A stretch of DNA of 64,000 nucleotides from Candidatus Bathyarchaeota archaeon. Lineage in GTDB: Archaea > Thermoproteota > Bathyarchaeia > Bathyarchaeales > Bathycorpusculaceae. Made by a program: the position numbers and the translations under genes. How positions within the stretch are numbered: the stretch's first letter is position 1; each line of letters opens with the position of its first letter. The DNA is taken from contig CAWEPZ010000008.1 of NCBI GenBank assembly GCA_963811105.1, forward strand, positions 54,936-118,935. Reading direction: 5' to 3'. Below the pieces are notes generated by a model. It ran no database searches, had not been told where the DNA came from, and saw only the letters and a list, made by a program, of their open reading frames with translations. This document shows, one piece after another, positions 1 through 9,982 of this stretch.

Positions 1-1
1 T

Positions 2-1729
2 TTAATTTATGACGGAAGATGTTATGAGACTCTAACTAAAGTCATGCCTCAAATAATCAATGGTTCAATCGTCAATCAGCCGGCATCTGTTTGGGAATGC
101 TTTGACCTGCAAACAGGACAAGTATATTGGGATCAGACAGGCATAACCCAACCCCCGACATTCATTACCTACGGCAGTAGTAGTCCAAGCGTACCCGGTG
201 CGACTTCAGGTGAGACATCTGCAATTTACTTGGTATACATAGGCAGTAGCAGACTCGTAGAATATGACCCATACACAGGAGCCGTAGTCGTGAACGTTTC
301 AATTCCAGTGACATCAGGCACAGTCTATGCGGACCCCTGGGTTCTAAGCATACAAACAATTGGAACAGGCGCAGCAACGCAGTACTATTTAATTAACTGG
401 ACCGTTACGGGAACTAGCACAAACTTTGCAACAAGAGTGAATAGCAACGTTTCTTATCCGTTCAGCACAATAGGCACTGCTGACTTCGAATCAATGATAG
501 CTGTCAACACAGCCTCGATAACGCCTTCAGCTACCGGAACAGCTCAAGGCCAAATCCTTATGGGCTCCAGCTTAGTAACAGGAAAACTGCTATGGAACGT
601 TTCAACCAGCGTTACCGCTTCGGAAATTTTCTTCGCATCGCTTACTTTTGTCGCTGACCATGGAAAATTCGCCGCACGCATGGATGATGGTTACATTGAA
701 GCATGGGATCTGAAAACTGGCGCAGTAGCTTGGAAAACTTTGATGCCTACTCCCTGGGGAGAATTTGGAGTTTACGATGTATATTCGGCATATGGCCTTC
801 TTTATTCAAATGCATATGATGGCGTTCGCGCACTTAACTGGACCAACGGAAACATAGAATGGACATACCAATCAGACGCTGTTCCATTCGAAACTCCATA
901 CACTAACTCAACCGGTTCAGACGTTTACTCTTTCAGTGCACCGGGATATGTTGCTGACGGAAAAATCTACACATTCAATTGCGAACACACCCCCAGCGAG
1001 CCCTTAACCAGAGGATGGAAACTCTACTGCATCAACGCTACTACAGGTGCGGGCATATGGAACATAACGTTCATGAGTTTAGGACAGAATGGACCTGGCG
1101 CTAGAGGCTTCCAAGGTGCTATTGCCGGAGGCTACCTCGCATACATCAACGAATATGACGGCTACCTTTATGTTTTCGGCAAAGGACAATGCGTAACCTC
1201 AGTCTCAGCTCCACAAACAGCAATCACTTCAGGAACGCCAGCAATCATTTCAGGTACAGTCATGGACCAATCACCAGCACAGTCAGGCACGCCAGCCGTT
1301 TCAGACGCATCAATGGGAACATACATGGAGTACTTGCATATGCAACAGCCAATCGACGGACTATTCCATAACACAATCGTTACGGGTGTCCCAGTATCTA
1401 TTGATGCAGTTGACCCTAACCAAAACTATATACACATTGCAGATACCACGAGCGATGTCAGTGGATTATTCTCATACACTTGGACTCCAACACTCGCAGG
1501 TGACTACAAGATATATGCAACATTTGCAGGTAGCGGTTCTTACGGAAGCTCATATGCAGAAACAGCAGCCCATGTTGTCAATGCACCAGCGACAACATCT
1601 ACTCCCACGCAAACAACTCAAACTTCAGCAGCAACCGCAACAGACGTAATGGCATACACAGTTGCCGCCGCCGTCGCCATAATCATAGCAATCGCTATCG
1701 TTGGTTTACTGTTACTTAGGAAAAAATAG
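2..1729 (+). CDS. PQQ-like beta-propeller repeat surface protein with C-terminal Ig-like domain and TM anchor (5'-partial)
   Basis: Frame is open from base 2 (LIYDGRCY matches IIYAGRCY of the paralog at 18553-21192). It has repeated 'D/N..TG...W' propeller motifs, EHTP and MEYLHMQ motifs, a Thr-rich linker and a TM helix ending in RKK. Confidence 0.85.
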   Translation, partial: LIYDGRCYETLTKVMPQIINGSIVNQPASVWECFDLQTGQVYWDQTGITQPPTFITYGSSSPSVPGATSGETSAIYLVYIGSSRLVEYDPYTGAVVVNVSIPVTSGTVYADPWVLSIQTIGTGAATQYYLINWTVTGTSTNFATRVNSNVSYPFSTIGTADFESMIAVNTASITPSATGTAQGQILMGSSLVTGKLLWNVSTSVTASEIFFASLTFVADHGKFAARMDDGYIEAWDLKTGAVAWKTLMPTPWGEFGVYDVYSAYGLLYSNAYDGVRALNWTNGNIEWTYQSDAVPFETPYTNSTGSDVYSFSAPGYVADGKIYTFNCEHTPSEPLTRGWKLYCINATTGAGIWNITFMSLGQNGPGARGFQGAIAGGYLAYINEYDGYLYVFGKGQCVTSVSAPQTAITSGTPAIISGTVMDQSPAQSGTPAVSDASMGTYMEYLHMQQPIDGLFHNTIVTGVPVSIDAVDPNQNYIHIADTTSDVSGLFSYTWTPTLAGDYKIYATFAGSGSYGSSYAETAAHVVNAPATTSTPTQTTQTSAATATDVMAYTVAAAVAIIIAIAIVGLLLLRKK

Positions 1730-2045
1730 AATAAACAAGAAACCCACAAAACCCTTTTCCTTTTTTATTAAGGTACGAAATCAGGCTTAACGTCACACTA
1801 CAAAATAGGCCGCCAAGTTGCACGAGCTTCAAAAACATTGTAAAAAAGTGTCTTCGCGAAAATAAATTTGAAGTATTCTGGTATATGAAGTTGATATATG
1901 GTTTCTAACCAATTATTATAGTATTAAGACTTGCGCAACTGTATTGCTAAATTCGGTACAACTCGATGAAAGAAATATCGCTTATAACGCATGACTTGAC
2001 TGTGGAATATATCTGAAGAAAGTGACTGCGTTGACTGTAGAATTA

Positions 2046-2386
2046 ATGGAAACTGCCTTTAGACGTCGTGGAAATTTTGGCACACTAACCGAAATTATGG
2101 GTATCTGCAAGAATGGGTGTTCGTCGACTCAAATCATGTTTAAAGCGAACCTTAGTTTTACCCAACTGAAACAGTATTTGGCTTCTCTTTTAAAATGGGT
2201 CTCCTTGAAAAGGTTGAGCGTGAGGGTAAGCGCCTCTATAGGTCGACAAATAAGGGTTTGGAGTTTATGGTTCTGCAACAACAAATAATTAATCTGTTAA
2301 ATGATAAAGACTCGAGATGTTGTTCTAAGCGTCCTTTATCGGGCGTTATTCTTTTCCCACGAAATAATTCAAGGTTAATGTTTTAA
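2046..2386 (+). CDS. Winged-helix transcriptional regulator (archaeal HTH_45-like), frameshifted near 2192
   Basis: TQIMFKANLSFTQLKQYLASLLK continues in another frame as MGLLEK...LYRSTNKGLEF. One A is missing in an A-run. Confidence 0.75.
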
Positions 2387-2578
2387 AAATTTTCTTGTGA
2401 AGTATTCACTGATTTTTTAGACGTTTTATTGAGTCTGCTTCGTGTGCAGTTTATGTCTGTGTGGTTTCCAAGCAAGGTATAATGCTGTAGTTAAAATGAG
2501 AGCTAAATTTTTTATATTTGAGAAGAGGAGGCTGTTAATAATAAGATGCAAATTTCCCAGTGCCAATGTAGAGGTTTG

Positions 2579-3235
2579 TTATGTTATTCTGGTGGCTGTT
2601 TCTATGATGACACCTTTTTTTCCCAGAGTATAAGTTAGCCTTCGCGTCGGGATTATTGTTCCTGACATTTTCCTTATTATCAGATGTCTCATGGTTGAGT
2701 CGGCTGACCAAGTTAATGCGAAGTTTATTGAGCCTTCCGCGAAATGGTTCAAGGTTGCTTCCGCTTGCGGGTCTTGCATGCCTTCAGTGATAAGGATCAG
2801 ATGGAAATTTTGGCTTTTTCTGTTCTGATGCGTCATGGCAGTTACTAAGTTAGCGATTTCTCCGATTTTGTGGATAAGCAACAGCTCTGAAAGAGAGTCA
2901 ATCACAATGGTTCTACACTGCTGCATTTCCTCTAAAACATTTTTCAGCAGTTCATTTGAGGTTGTGTTTTTGAGGCTCTTGAATCTCCAAGCCCCCGCAT
3001 CCTCACACGACACTGTGTCCCATCCGTAAGCCGCCATATCCTCTCGAACGCTCTCTGCCGAAACGTTAACTGTAAAATAAGTGACTGGACACGTCTGCAC
3101 CCTGTTGAATAGGACTTGTTTTGCAAAGACTTCGTTTCCTGAACCTGGCGCACCTGTGAGAAGTATGATTTTTGGGGGCAGTCCGCCCATTAAGAATTCG
3201 TCGAGGCCGGCAATTCCAGTTTTCACAGTTTTCAT
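2579..3235 (-). CDS. KaiC/RAD55-family RecA-fold ATPase (single domain, degenerate Walker A)
   Basis: Starts VKTGIAGLDEFLMGG, with GAPGSGNE, IVIDSLS and LIIRKM motifs. Confidence 0.85.
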   Translation of the reverse strand: MKTVKTGIAGLDEFLMGGLPPKIILLTGAPGSGNEVFAKQVLFNRVQTCPVTYFTVNVSAESVREDMAAYGWDTVSCEDAGAWRFKSLKNTTSNELLKNVLEEMQQCRTIVIDSLSELLLIHKIGEIANLVTAMTHQNRKSQNFHLILITEGMQDPQAEATLNHFAEGSINFALTWSADSTMRHLIIRKMSGTIIPTRRLTYTLGKKGVIIETATRIT

Positions 3236-3402
3236 TGACAGTTAACCTTTTCTGATATGAATATGAATTGCTTAGTATTAACTTTTGTAGAGTTAAGATA
3301 TTAATTACATGTCCAATTGCTTTTCATTACCTTTTTTTAAGGTCAAAGAATTGAATGATTCTAACTTTTTTTGTTGTTATTCTTGATATATTTTAGAAAT
3401 TG

Positions 3403-3444
3403 AATATAGAGTATTAATTCATCATACTTTTAAGCATGCACTTC
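3403..3444 (+). promoter_or_regulatory. Pilin upstream motif copy 1 plus TATA-like element
   Basis: AATATAGAGTATTAATTCAT...TTTAAGCATGCACTTC; similar sequences at 9881 and 13398. Confidence 0.6.
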
Positions 3445-3486
3445 TAAATGGAGAACCAGTAAATCAAGAATAAAGGCGAAATAGAA

Positions 3487-3966
3487 ATGAAATTTGGAAA
3501 AACAATAAGGAATTTCCGTAAAGATGTACGCGCAATCTCACCAGTAATTGCCACTCTACTAATGATAGCCATCGCAGTCGTCGCTTCCTTAGTTACTTAC
3601 GCTTGGGTTATGGGATACATGAACTTCACAACAGAGAAGACCGGCAAAGCAATACAGATACAGAGTGTTTCCTACAGGTACGGAGGACCAATTGACGTAT
3701 TTACAATATATGTACAAAACGTTGGCGACTCAGATCTTCAGCTTAGCAACTGCTAACAGTGTCATTCATAAACGGTGCAGTATCTACGGCCTCGGGATAA
3801 CTGGCACCTCTGGAGCTACCACTACTCTGAGATAAGGGCTAATACAGCCATCTATAACTGGCAACAGCGCGCAAGTCTACTAGCAGGCGTTCAATCGATA
3901 ACTATCAAAGTGACAACAACAGACGGAACATTCAGCCAAATAACTCAGCAATTCACTATCGTATAA
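3487..3966 (+). CDS. Archaeal type IV pilin (probable major pilin), with several frameshifts at about 3745-3870
   Basis: Class III signal peptide (RA/ISPVIATLLMIAIAVV), IYVQNVG motif, and C-terminal ITIKVTTTDGTF matching the other pilins. Confidence 0.8.
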
Positions 3967-4058
3967 GTGTGGATTGTTTTGAGCATTTTTTCTTTTATTT
4001 TTTTTATTAACAGAGTCGATGAAGGAAGCGTTAACATGAATGAGGGGAAATCGCTAAG

Positions 4059-5726
4059 TTGACATCTCAAAGGAAACTATTTTCGCGCAAGAAACCAGTA
4101 AAACTTCTGGAACCTGTCTTAGATTTATCTGAAAAAATAGGTAAGAAAAAAGGTTTGTCCCTAAAAGTACCATCATTCACCAAAAAAACAAGGTTGCCAA
4201 ATCCTGTTGCTCCCATTCCTGACAGAGAGATACCAGTTTCCGAGCCAGTTAACGAGAAAATCCTCGAAACTTACTCTCTCATTGAGCCTTATTGTCACGT
4301 GAATATTGTGAAGGATTTGGACAGGGGAAACATAAGATACGTGGTTGATGAACCAAAACTCACAATCGAAGATGAAACTCACCTTAAGCGGTTAAAAGAA
4401 ATTCTTAATCAAGTAATAACCCTAAAGCCATCAGATTTACAATCAAAAGAGACTGCTGGAAAATACTTAGTTGAGAAGAGTAAAGAAATTTTTGACAACT
4501 ACGATTTTAAGATAGATGCAGCAACACAAGGTAAACTTCTTTACTGCATTGTTAGGGATAATCTCGGTTTTGGAAAAATAGATTCCCTAATGCACGACCA
4601 ATTAATTGAGGACCTTTCATGCGATGGAGTTAATATCCCAATCTTCGTTTGGCATCGCAAGTCCGAGTCCATACCAACAAACATTCGTTTTGAGACTGAA
4701 GAGGAACTTGACTCATTCGCTCTGCGACTTGCATATATGTGTGGAAGTCACGTTTCCATAGCTCAACCACTATTAGATGCAAGTCTTCCGGATGGCAGCA
4801 GAATCAACCTTACTTACGGCAAAGAGGTTACGCGTAGAGGCTCAACTTTTACCATAAGAAAATTCAAACTTGACCCATTCACAGTAACCGATCTAATTAT
4901 TTTTGGCACTATCTCAGCGGAGATGGCTGCTTTCTTGTGGTATGCAGTAGAAAATCGAGTTTCAATCCTGGTGGCTGGCGGTATTGCTGCTGGCAAAACT
5001 ACACTTTTAAACTGTCTAAGCATGTTCATAAAAGCCGACTTAAAAGTCGTATCCATCGAAGATACACCTGAGATTAACCTTCCACATGAAAACTGGATTC
5101 CGGCTACCACTAGATCACATTTTGGAATAGCCACAGACTCTGCAGACGTTACATTATTTGATCTTCTGAAAGCTTCATTGAGACAAAGACCAGACTACAT
5201 CATAGTTGGTGAAATCAGAGGAGCAGAAGCATACACTCTTTTCCAAGCTGTAAGTACAGGGCACCTTGGGATGTCAACCGTTCACGCTGAATCAGTTGAA
5301 TCAGCGGTTTACCGTTTAGAATCAGCACCAATGAACATTCCTCGAACTCTCATCGCTGGAATAGACATCATATTGGTTCAAAAACGAGTCGAAATAAAAG
5401 GCAAACCTGTGAGAAAAACGGTTGCCGCCTCAGAAATCGTTGGTTTAGATCCTCGTTCAGGAGAAATATTAACAAACGAAGTGTATAGATGGAACGCGAC
5501 TGATGAAACATTCGATTATACTGGTCGAAGTTATATTCTTGAGAAAATAGCTGAAAAAACAGGAATAAGCATTGAGCAGGCTGAAGAAGAACTCAAAAAT
5601 AGAAGAAAAATAATAACCTGGATGGCTAAAAAGGGCATTCGAAATTACAAAGACGTATCCAACATAATTCGATCGTATATGGAGAATCCTACTCGCATAC
5701 TTGCGGAGGCATTAAAAGACGAATAA
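4059..5726 (+). CDS. Type IV pilus assembly ATPase (FlaI/ArlI-VirB11 family)
   Basis: Walker A GGIAAGKTT, SIEDTPE, LRQRPDYIIVGEIRG, and TGH...STVHA His box. Confidence 0.95.
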   Translation: MTSQRKLFSRKKPVKLLEPVLDLSEKIGKKKGLSLKVPSFTKKTRLPNPVAPIPDREIPVSEPVNEKILETYSLIEPYCHVNIVKDLDRGNIRYVVDEPKLTIEDETHLKRLKEILNQVITLKPSDLQSKETAGKYLVEKSKEIFDNYDFKIDAATQGKLLYCIVRDNLGFGKIDSLMHDQLIEDLSCDGVNIPIFVWHRKSESIPTNIRFETEEELDSFALRLAYMCGSHVSIAQPLLDASLPDGSRINLTYGKEVTRRGSTFTIRKFKLDPFTVTDLIIFGTISAEMAAFLWYAVENRVSILVAGGIAAGKTTLLNCLSMFIKADLKVVSIEDTPEINLPHENWIPATTRSHFGIATDSADVTLFDLLKASLRQRPDYIIVGEIRGAEAYTLFQAVSTGHLGMSTVHAESVESAVYRLESAPMNIPRTLIAGIDIILVQKRVEIKGKPVRKTVAASEIVGLDPRSGEILTNEVYRWNATDETFDYTGRSYILEKIAEKTGISIEQAEEELKNRRKIITWMAKKGIRNYKDVSNIIRSYMENPTRILAEALKDE

Positions 5727-5730
5727 GCGG

Positions 5731-6597
5731 TTGCTATCTCTCTTTCTTAGAACGGCAAAGTTTGTTCCTCAATCTCTTATTACAGAATTAAAGAGCATGC
5801 AGGATAATCTATCTAAAGCCGCGGTTAAAATCACCTTCGAAGCTTACTTGGGCTTAATGGCCTTCTCAACAATAATAGCTGCAGTGTTAGGCTTTGGAGT
5901 TTCATTACTGATATTCTCAATTAGACTTCCAATTGTACCTGCATTGGTATTTTCAATAATAGCTGCGATGGTCACTGGCATTGTCGTATTTGGGTTTTGT
6001 TATGTTTACCCTGTTCTCACGATTTCGTCTAAGGTGAGAAAGATAGAGTCAAATTTGCCATTAACAGCTAATTTCATGGCGGTGCTAGCAAGTTCAGGCA
6101 TGCCTCCCGAACGTATTTTTCGATCCTTAGCAAATGTCGGCGATGAATTCGGGGTTGGAGAAGAAATACGTCGTGCCATTGCTGATACCGAATTGATGGG
6201 TTTGGATTTAAATGATGCTTTGAGACGCGCATCTGTAAGGTCGGCTTCAAGAAAGTTTGGCGCAATGTTAGATGGCATTGTCACTACTTCCCACATGGGT
6301 GGCGATTTGGCGTCTTTTCTTAGAGATGAGTCAGAAAAAGCCAAAAAGCTGCGGGTTACTTCAATGAAAAGTTTTCTAGATAGTCTTGCAGGCATGGCCG
6401 AAGTCTACGTCAGTTTCATGATTGCACTGCCCTTGGTCCTTGTAGTTATGCTCTCTGTAATGTCATTCTTAGGCGGCGGATCAATGCTTGCCGGTATGGA
6501 TCCTCAAACAGTTTTGTTACTTATGACCTTCATAGTAACACCTGCAGGTGTAGGAATAATGTTGCTAATGGTCGATTCAATGACACCTCCGAGGTAA
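5731..6597 (+). CDS. Type II/IV secretion F-family (TadC/ArlJ-like) membrane platform protein
   Basis: IESNLP..ANFMAVLASSGMP motif and TM helices, directly after the ATPase. Confidence 0.9.
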   Translation: MLSLFLRTAKFVPQSLITELKSMQDNLSKAAVKITFEAYLGLMAFSTIIAAVLGFGVSLLIFSIRLPIVPALVFSIIAAMVTGIVVFGFCYVYPVLTISSKVRKIESNLPLTANFMAVLASSGMPPERIFRSLANVGDEFGVGEEIRRAIADTELMGLDLNDALRRASVRSASRKFGAMLDGIVTTSHMGGDLASFLRDESEKAKKLRVTSMKSFLDSLAGMAEVYVSFMIALPLVLVVMLSVMSFLGGGSMLAGMDPQTVLLLMTFIVTPAGVGIMLLMVDSMTPPR

Positions 6598-6603
6598 ATA
6601 ATA

Positions 6604-7452
6604 TTGGGCAAAGTTGCAATTAAAAAAAGACAATTAACTTTGGGGCTTTCGATACTTGCCGTAATAGTAGCTGTAGCAATTATCGCTATCGTATCATTCT
6701 CGGCATTAACAACTTATATCAATGAAATCTTTTTTGTTAGCATATTAGTGATATTAGTCCCTTCGGCTATTCTTGATTTGAAACACCAACGATGGATATC
6801 CTCAATAGAAAACCAGATGCCTCTGCTCGTCAGAGGAGTTGCAGAATCTCAGGAAACCGGGATGACCTTAATTAGAGCTTTGGAAAAAGTTGTCGACAAC
6901 AAAATGGTCAGTGGTCCCCTTTCAAAGGAAGTCAAGCAGTTAGTTATTGAAATGTCCTGGGGTACATCTTTTGAAGATGCACTAACCAATTTCAAAAATC
7001 GCATAAACTCACCCATAGTGAACCGCTTCTGTGTTCTTGTTTTGGAAGCAAGCCGATCAGGGGGAACAATCAAGAAAGTATTCACTGCAACTGCAGGTTT
7101 CATGGAGGAAATGAAGGATATCGACAGGGAAACCGACGCCCAAATGAAACCTTACATAATAGTGATTTATGCGGCCTTTGCAGTGTTTATAGTTACAGCA
7201 ATTCTGCTGGTGCAATCGTTTTTTGCTCCCATGAGTGGTTCTCAGCAAATATCAAGCAATACCGCCATTGCTGGAGTTGGCGGATTAAAGGATTTCTTCT
7301 ATCAAGACATGTTGGTTTCAGGTTTAACAGGCGGATTGATGGCAGGAAAAATCGGGGAACGCAGAGTAGCTGGAGGTATGAAACACTCAATCCTACTAGT
7401 CGTAATTGGATACGCCATATTCTTTGCAGGTATACCGCCCAACTGGATGTAA
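6604..7452 (+). CDS. Type II/IV secretion F-family (TadC/TadB-like) membrane platform protein
   Basis: IENQMP..VRGVAESQETGMTL, WGTSFEDAL and GMKHS motifs. Confidence 0.9.
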   Translation: MGKVAIKKRQLTLGLSILAVIVAVAIIAIVSFSALTTYINEIFFVSILVILVPSAILDLKHQRWISSIENQMPLLVRGVAESQETGMTLIRALEKVVDNKMVSGPLSKEVKQLVIEMSWGTSFEDALTNFKNRINSPIVNRFCVLVLEASRSGGTIKKVFTATAGFMEEMKDIDRETDAQMKPYIIVIYAAFAVFIVTAILLVQSFFAPMSGSQQISSNTAIAGVGGLKDFFYQDMLVSGLTGGLMAGKIGERRVAGGMKHSILLVVIGYAIFFAGIPPNWM

Positions 7453-7457
7453 AAAAA

Positions 7458-7910
7458 ATGAAGAAACTATTTAGAAACCGAAAGGCAGTTTCACCAGTGA
7501 TCGCCACCGTATTGATGATATTAGTAACAATGGCTGGTATGTCGATTCTTTTTGGGTTTGTGATTTCATATTCTGATGCGTACAAAGCAGGTGTTGGAAG
7601 TTCTGTTATGGAGTCTTTAACCGTCGAAGACATATGGTTAAGCCCGCATACTACCACTTATAATTCTGAAGTTCAAATATCTGTCTACAATGTTGGAAAA
7701 GTAGATTCCACAATAACATCGATGTATGCAAACGGCTTAAAATTAACTGAAAATGGCACCCTCAACTTAAACAAACCCATAGCCGTTGGCCAACATCTAA
7801 CCATAACTCTTGACTGGAGCCCGAACCGTTGGGTTCATGGTCAAGAATATACATTTAGAGTTTCAACATTGAGCGGATCTAACTTCGACATTAAATATAC
7901 AGCGCCATAA
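7458..7910 (+). CDS. Archaeal type IV pilin (minor)
   Basis: RKA/VSPVIATVLMI class III signal and VYNVG motif. Confidence 0.9.
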   Translation: MKKLFRNRKAVSPVIATVLMILVTMAGMSILFGFVISYSDAYKAGVGSSVMESLTVEDIWLSPHTTTYNSEVQISVYNVGKVDSTITSMYANGLKLTENGTLNLNKPIAVGQHLTITLDWSPNRWVHGQEYTFRVSTLSGSNFDIKYTAP

Positions 7911-7925
7911 ACTGGGAGATGAAGA

Positions 7926-8408
7926 ATGTTGATAAAGCGACTATTAAAAAACAAGAAGGGAACAGCTGAAGTAATCGGATCAGTAATGTTCATTGTTATA
8001 TTACTGTTCTTCTTTACAAACGTGTACTTGTGGCATGACACTGCAACAAAAGAAATGAACGATCTCTATGTTCAGAAGATAAACTCGCCAATTACGATTT
8101 CAATAATGTCGAGTCCTTACGAGTTGAATGTAACCAATAAAGGTGGCGTAGATGCTAGACTTTCAATTTTGTGGGTGGATGTGACATCGGCCAGTTCCGG
8201 TAGCCCCGATCGGTTTCATGGTTACTTCAATCTTACACAATTAAATATTGTTGTCCTTCCAGGGTCAAGCATCCCAGTTTCTTGGAATTCTGTCGGCACT
8301 TTGAATAGTTTGGATGAAAGTTATAATCCCCAATCTGGTGATATATTGCAGCTTAAAATGGTTACAAGCGTTGGAAATACTGCTGCTTGTCGATACCCCC
8401 AAGGTTGA
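7926..8408 (+). CDS. Pilin-like protein with class III signal peptide
   Basis: KKG/TAEVIG followed by a hydrophobic helix, VTNKGG motif; last gene of the operon. Confidence 0.75.
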   Translation: MLIKRLLKNKKGTAEVIGSVMFIVILLFFFTNVYLWHDTATKEMNDLYVQKINSPITISIMSSPYELNVTNKGGVDARLSILWVDVTSASSGSPDRFHGYFNLTQLNIVVLPGSSIPVSWNSVGTLNSLDESYNPQSGDILQLKMVTSVGNTAACRYPQG

Positions 8409-8611
8409 AAATTTGTAGCTTATTTTTCTTCTTATTTCCCAAGATTTTACCCAAGAAGATGATCTTCTGGTCGGTGCCACTTTTCTATTTACTTGTTTTT
8501 GTTGTTTGGTCATAAGGAATTGCCTTTTCTTAGCTTGTCTGTCGATAGAGCATAATTTTTTTTCGTTTGATTGTTCGTTTATGAATATGTCTGCCTTTAG
8601 TTTTTTGGGGT

Positions 8612-9737
8612 CTAGTTTACATGCACTATTAGGGGTCTGTTAGAGATTATCCCATTGAATATCCATTCGCCAAGTGCTAAATATGGAAGAGAGCTTGAGG
8701 TGCCTACCATGTTTGAGAGGTTTTCAATATCTTCTTTGTTTGTTGTTTTTCCAATTATTTGCGTGCCAATTTGAGATAGAACACTTCCTCCAAGTTGGGC
8801 TGGATGGGTAGTTAAGAGACATGCAAATATGCCTGTTTTTCTTCCTTCAGAGACAACTTGATCTAGTGTTTCTCCGATAAGATTTTCTGATTCCTCGATA
8901 ATTAGGAATAGTGGCTTGATTTTATCTTCCAATCTTAGTTTTAGTAGCATTTGTAGAGCTTCGATGTAGAAAGCCCTTTTTTCTTTGGGTGCTAATCCGT
9001 AGCCATTTAGAATTGATGTTTGTCCTCTCTTTATTTCTTTAGCCAGAGCATCTTTATCCATTTTTGAATTAACCACAATGGCTTTAGCGTGTGTTTCTAG
9101 AGCGTTTGAGTATTCATTATACGGGTCAAATACAATTATTTGACCTGGAGTTTTGCCGTATATTTCTTGAATCAATAATTTGGCAAGGTGAGTTTTTCCT
9201 GCGCCAGCTACAGCAGTGATGATTGCGTGTTTTGAAGTTAACTCTTGTGCATCTATAAAGCACTTAATGCTTCCGCTACTATCTTGCTCATGAGCCGATG
9301 AACCTTCAAAGGTTCCTATTTGAATAGGCATCTTGAAGACTTCTCCTTTTGCATTTCTATTCAGGATGTCTTCAAGAAACTTTTTTAATGGAATATAGAC
9401 TCGGCACCCCGGATTTGGGGGAACCAAAACTTTGCCCATTGGTTTAACTTCATTTCTAAGATCAATGTATCCCTCGATTTTTGCAGTTGCTAGCATTTTA
9501 CCAATTTTGTCGCCTATGGTTGAACCCGCAACTTCCTCATAGCTAGTATATATCAGTAATAACTGCCAAGACCTGGCATGCTTCACCAAAAAGCGGATGG
9601 TCAATAAGGACATAATCATATTTTTCCAAACTGCCCTTGTTCTTTGGGGGACTGACCAGAAAACAGAATTGCCCCGTATGGGTATCATTGGATACTAATC
9701 CAAAATGTTCCCTTATGCGAACGTTTGAAAGATCCAT
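8612..9737 (-). CDS. HerA/DUF87-like P-loop ATPase with N-terminal HAS-barrel-like region, +1 frameshift near 9549
   Basis: KHAIITAVAGAGKT, IVFDPYNEY, FLIIEESE, EGRKTG and VLSQIGTQI motifs. The N-terminus MDLSNVR...VLAVITDI lies in the adjacent frame. Confidence 0.8.
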
Positions 9738-9797
9738 TAATCTAACCTCTAAATTGGTATTCTCTATTTGATGTGTTGAGGATTTTAATTTATCGGA

Positions 9798-9822
9798 GTA
9801 CAAATTCAGTGTACAAATTCAG
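9798..9822. repeat. Tandem 12-bp direct repeat GTACAAATTCAG in the divergent herA/pilin intergenic region
   Basis: Perfect copies at 9798-9809 and 9811-9822. Confidence 0.8.
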
Positions 9823-9880
9823 GACATTTCCCTGGATAATCTGTTGCGATTCAACTTGGCTAATTTATCCATACAGCAAT

Positions 9881-9919
9881 AATACAGAGCAATAATTCAT
9901 GTTTGTTAAATATCACTTC
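9881..9919 (+). promoter_or_regulatory. Pilin upstream motif copy 2 plus TATA box
   Basis: AATACAGAGCAATAATTCAT-GTTTG-TTAAATATCACTTC. Confidence 0.65.
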
Positions 9920-9982
9920 ATCATAGCTAGCGCTTAGACGAAAAAATAGTCTACAAACTATTAATTATGAAGGAAAAAACAA

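Noticed and set aside
1771-1790. AGGTACGAAATCAGGCT also occurs at about 25458, antisense to the DUF1512 gene
   Set aside because: A single 17-mer match is plausible by chance in 64 kb, and there is no supporting repeat or spacer context.
3487-8408. Archaellum (motility) operon
   Set aside because: No recognisable ArlF/G or chemotaxis genes, and the split TadC pair with SPVIA-type pilins fits an adhesive type IV pilus better.
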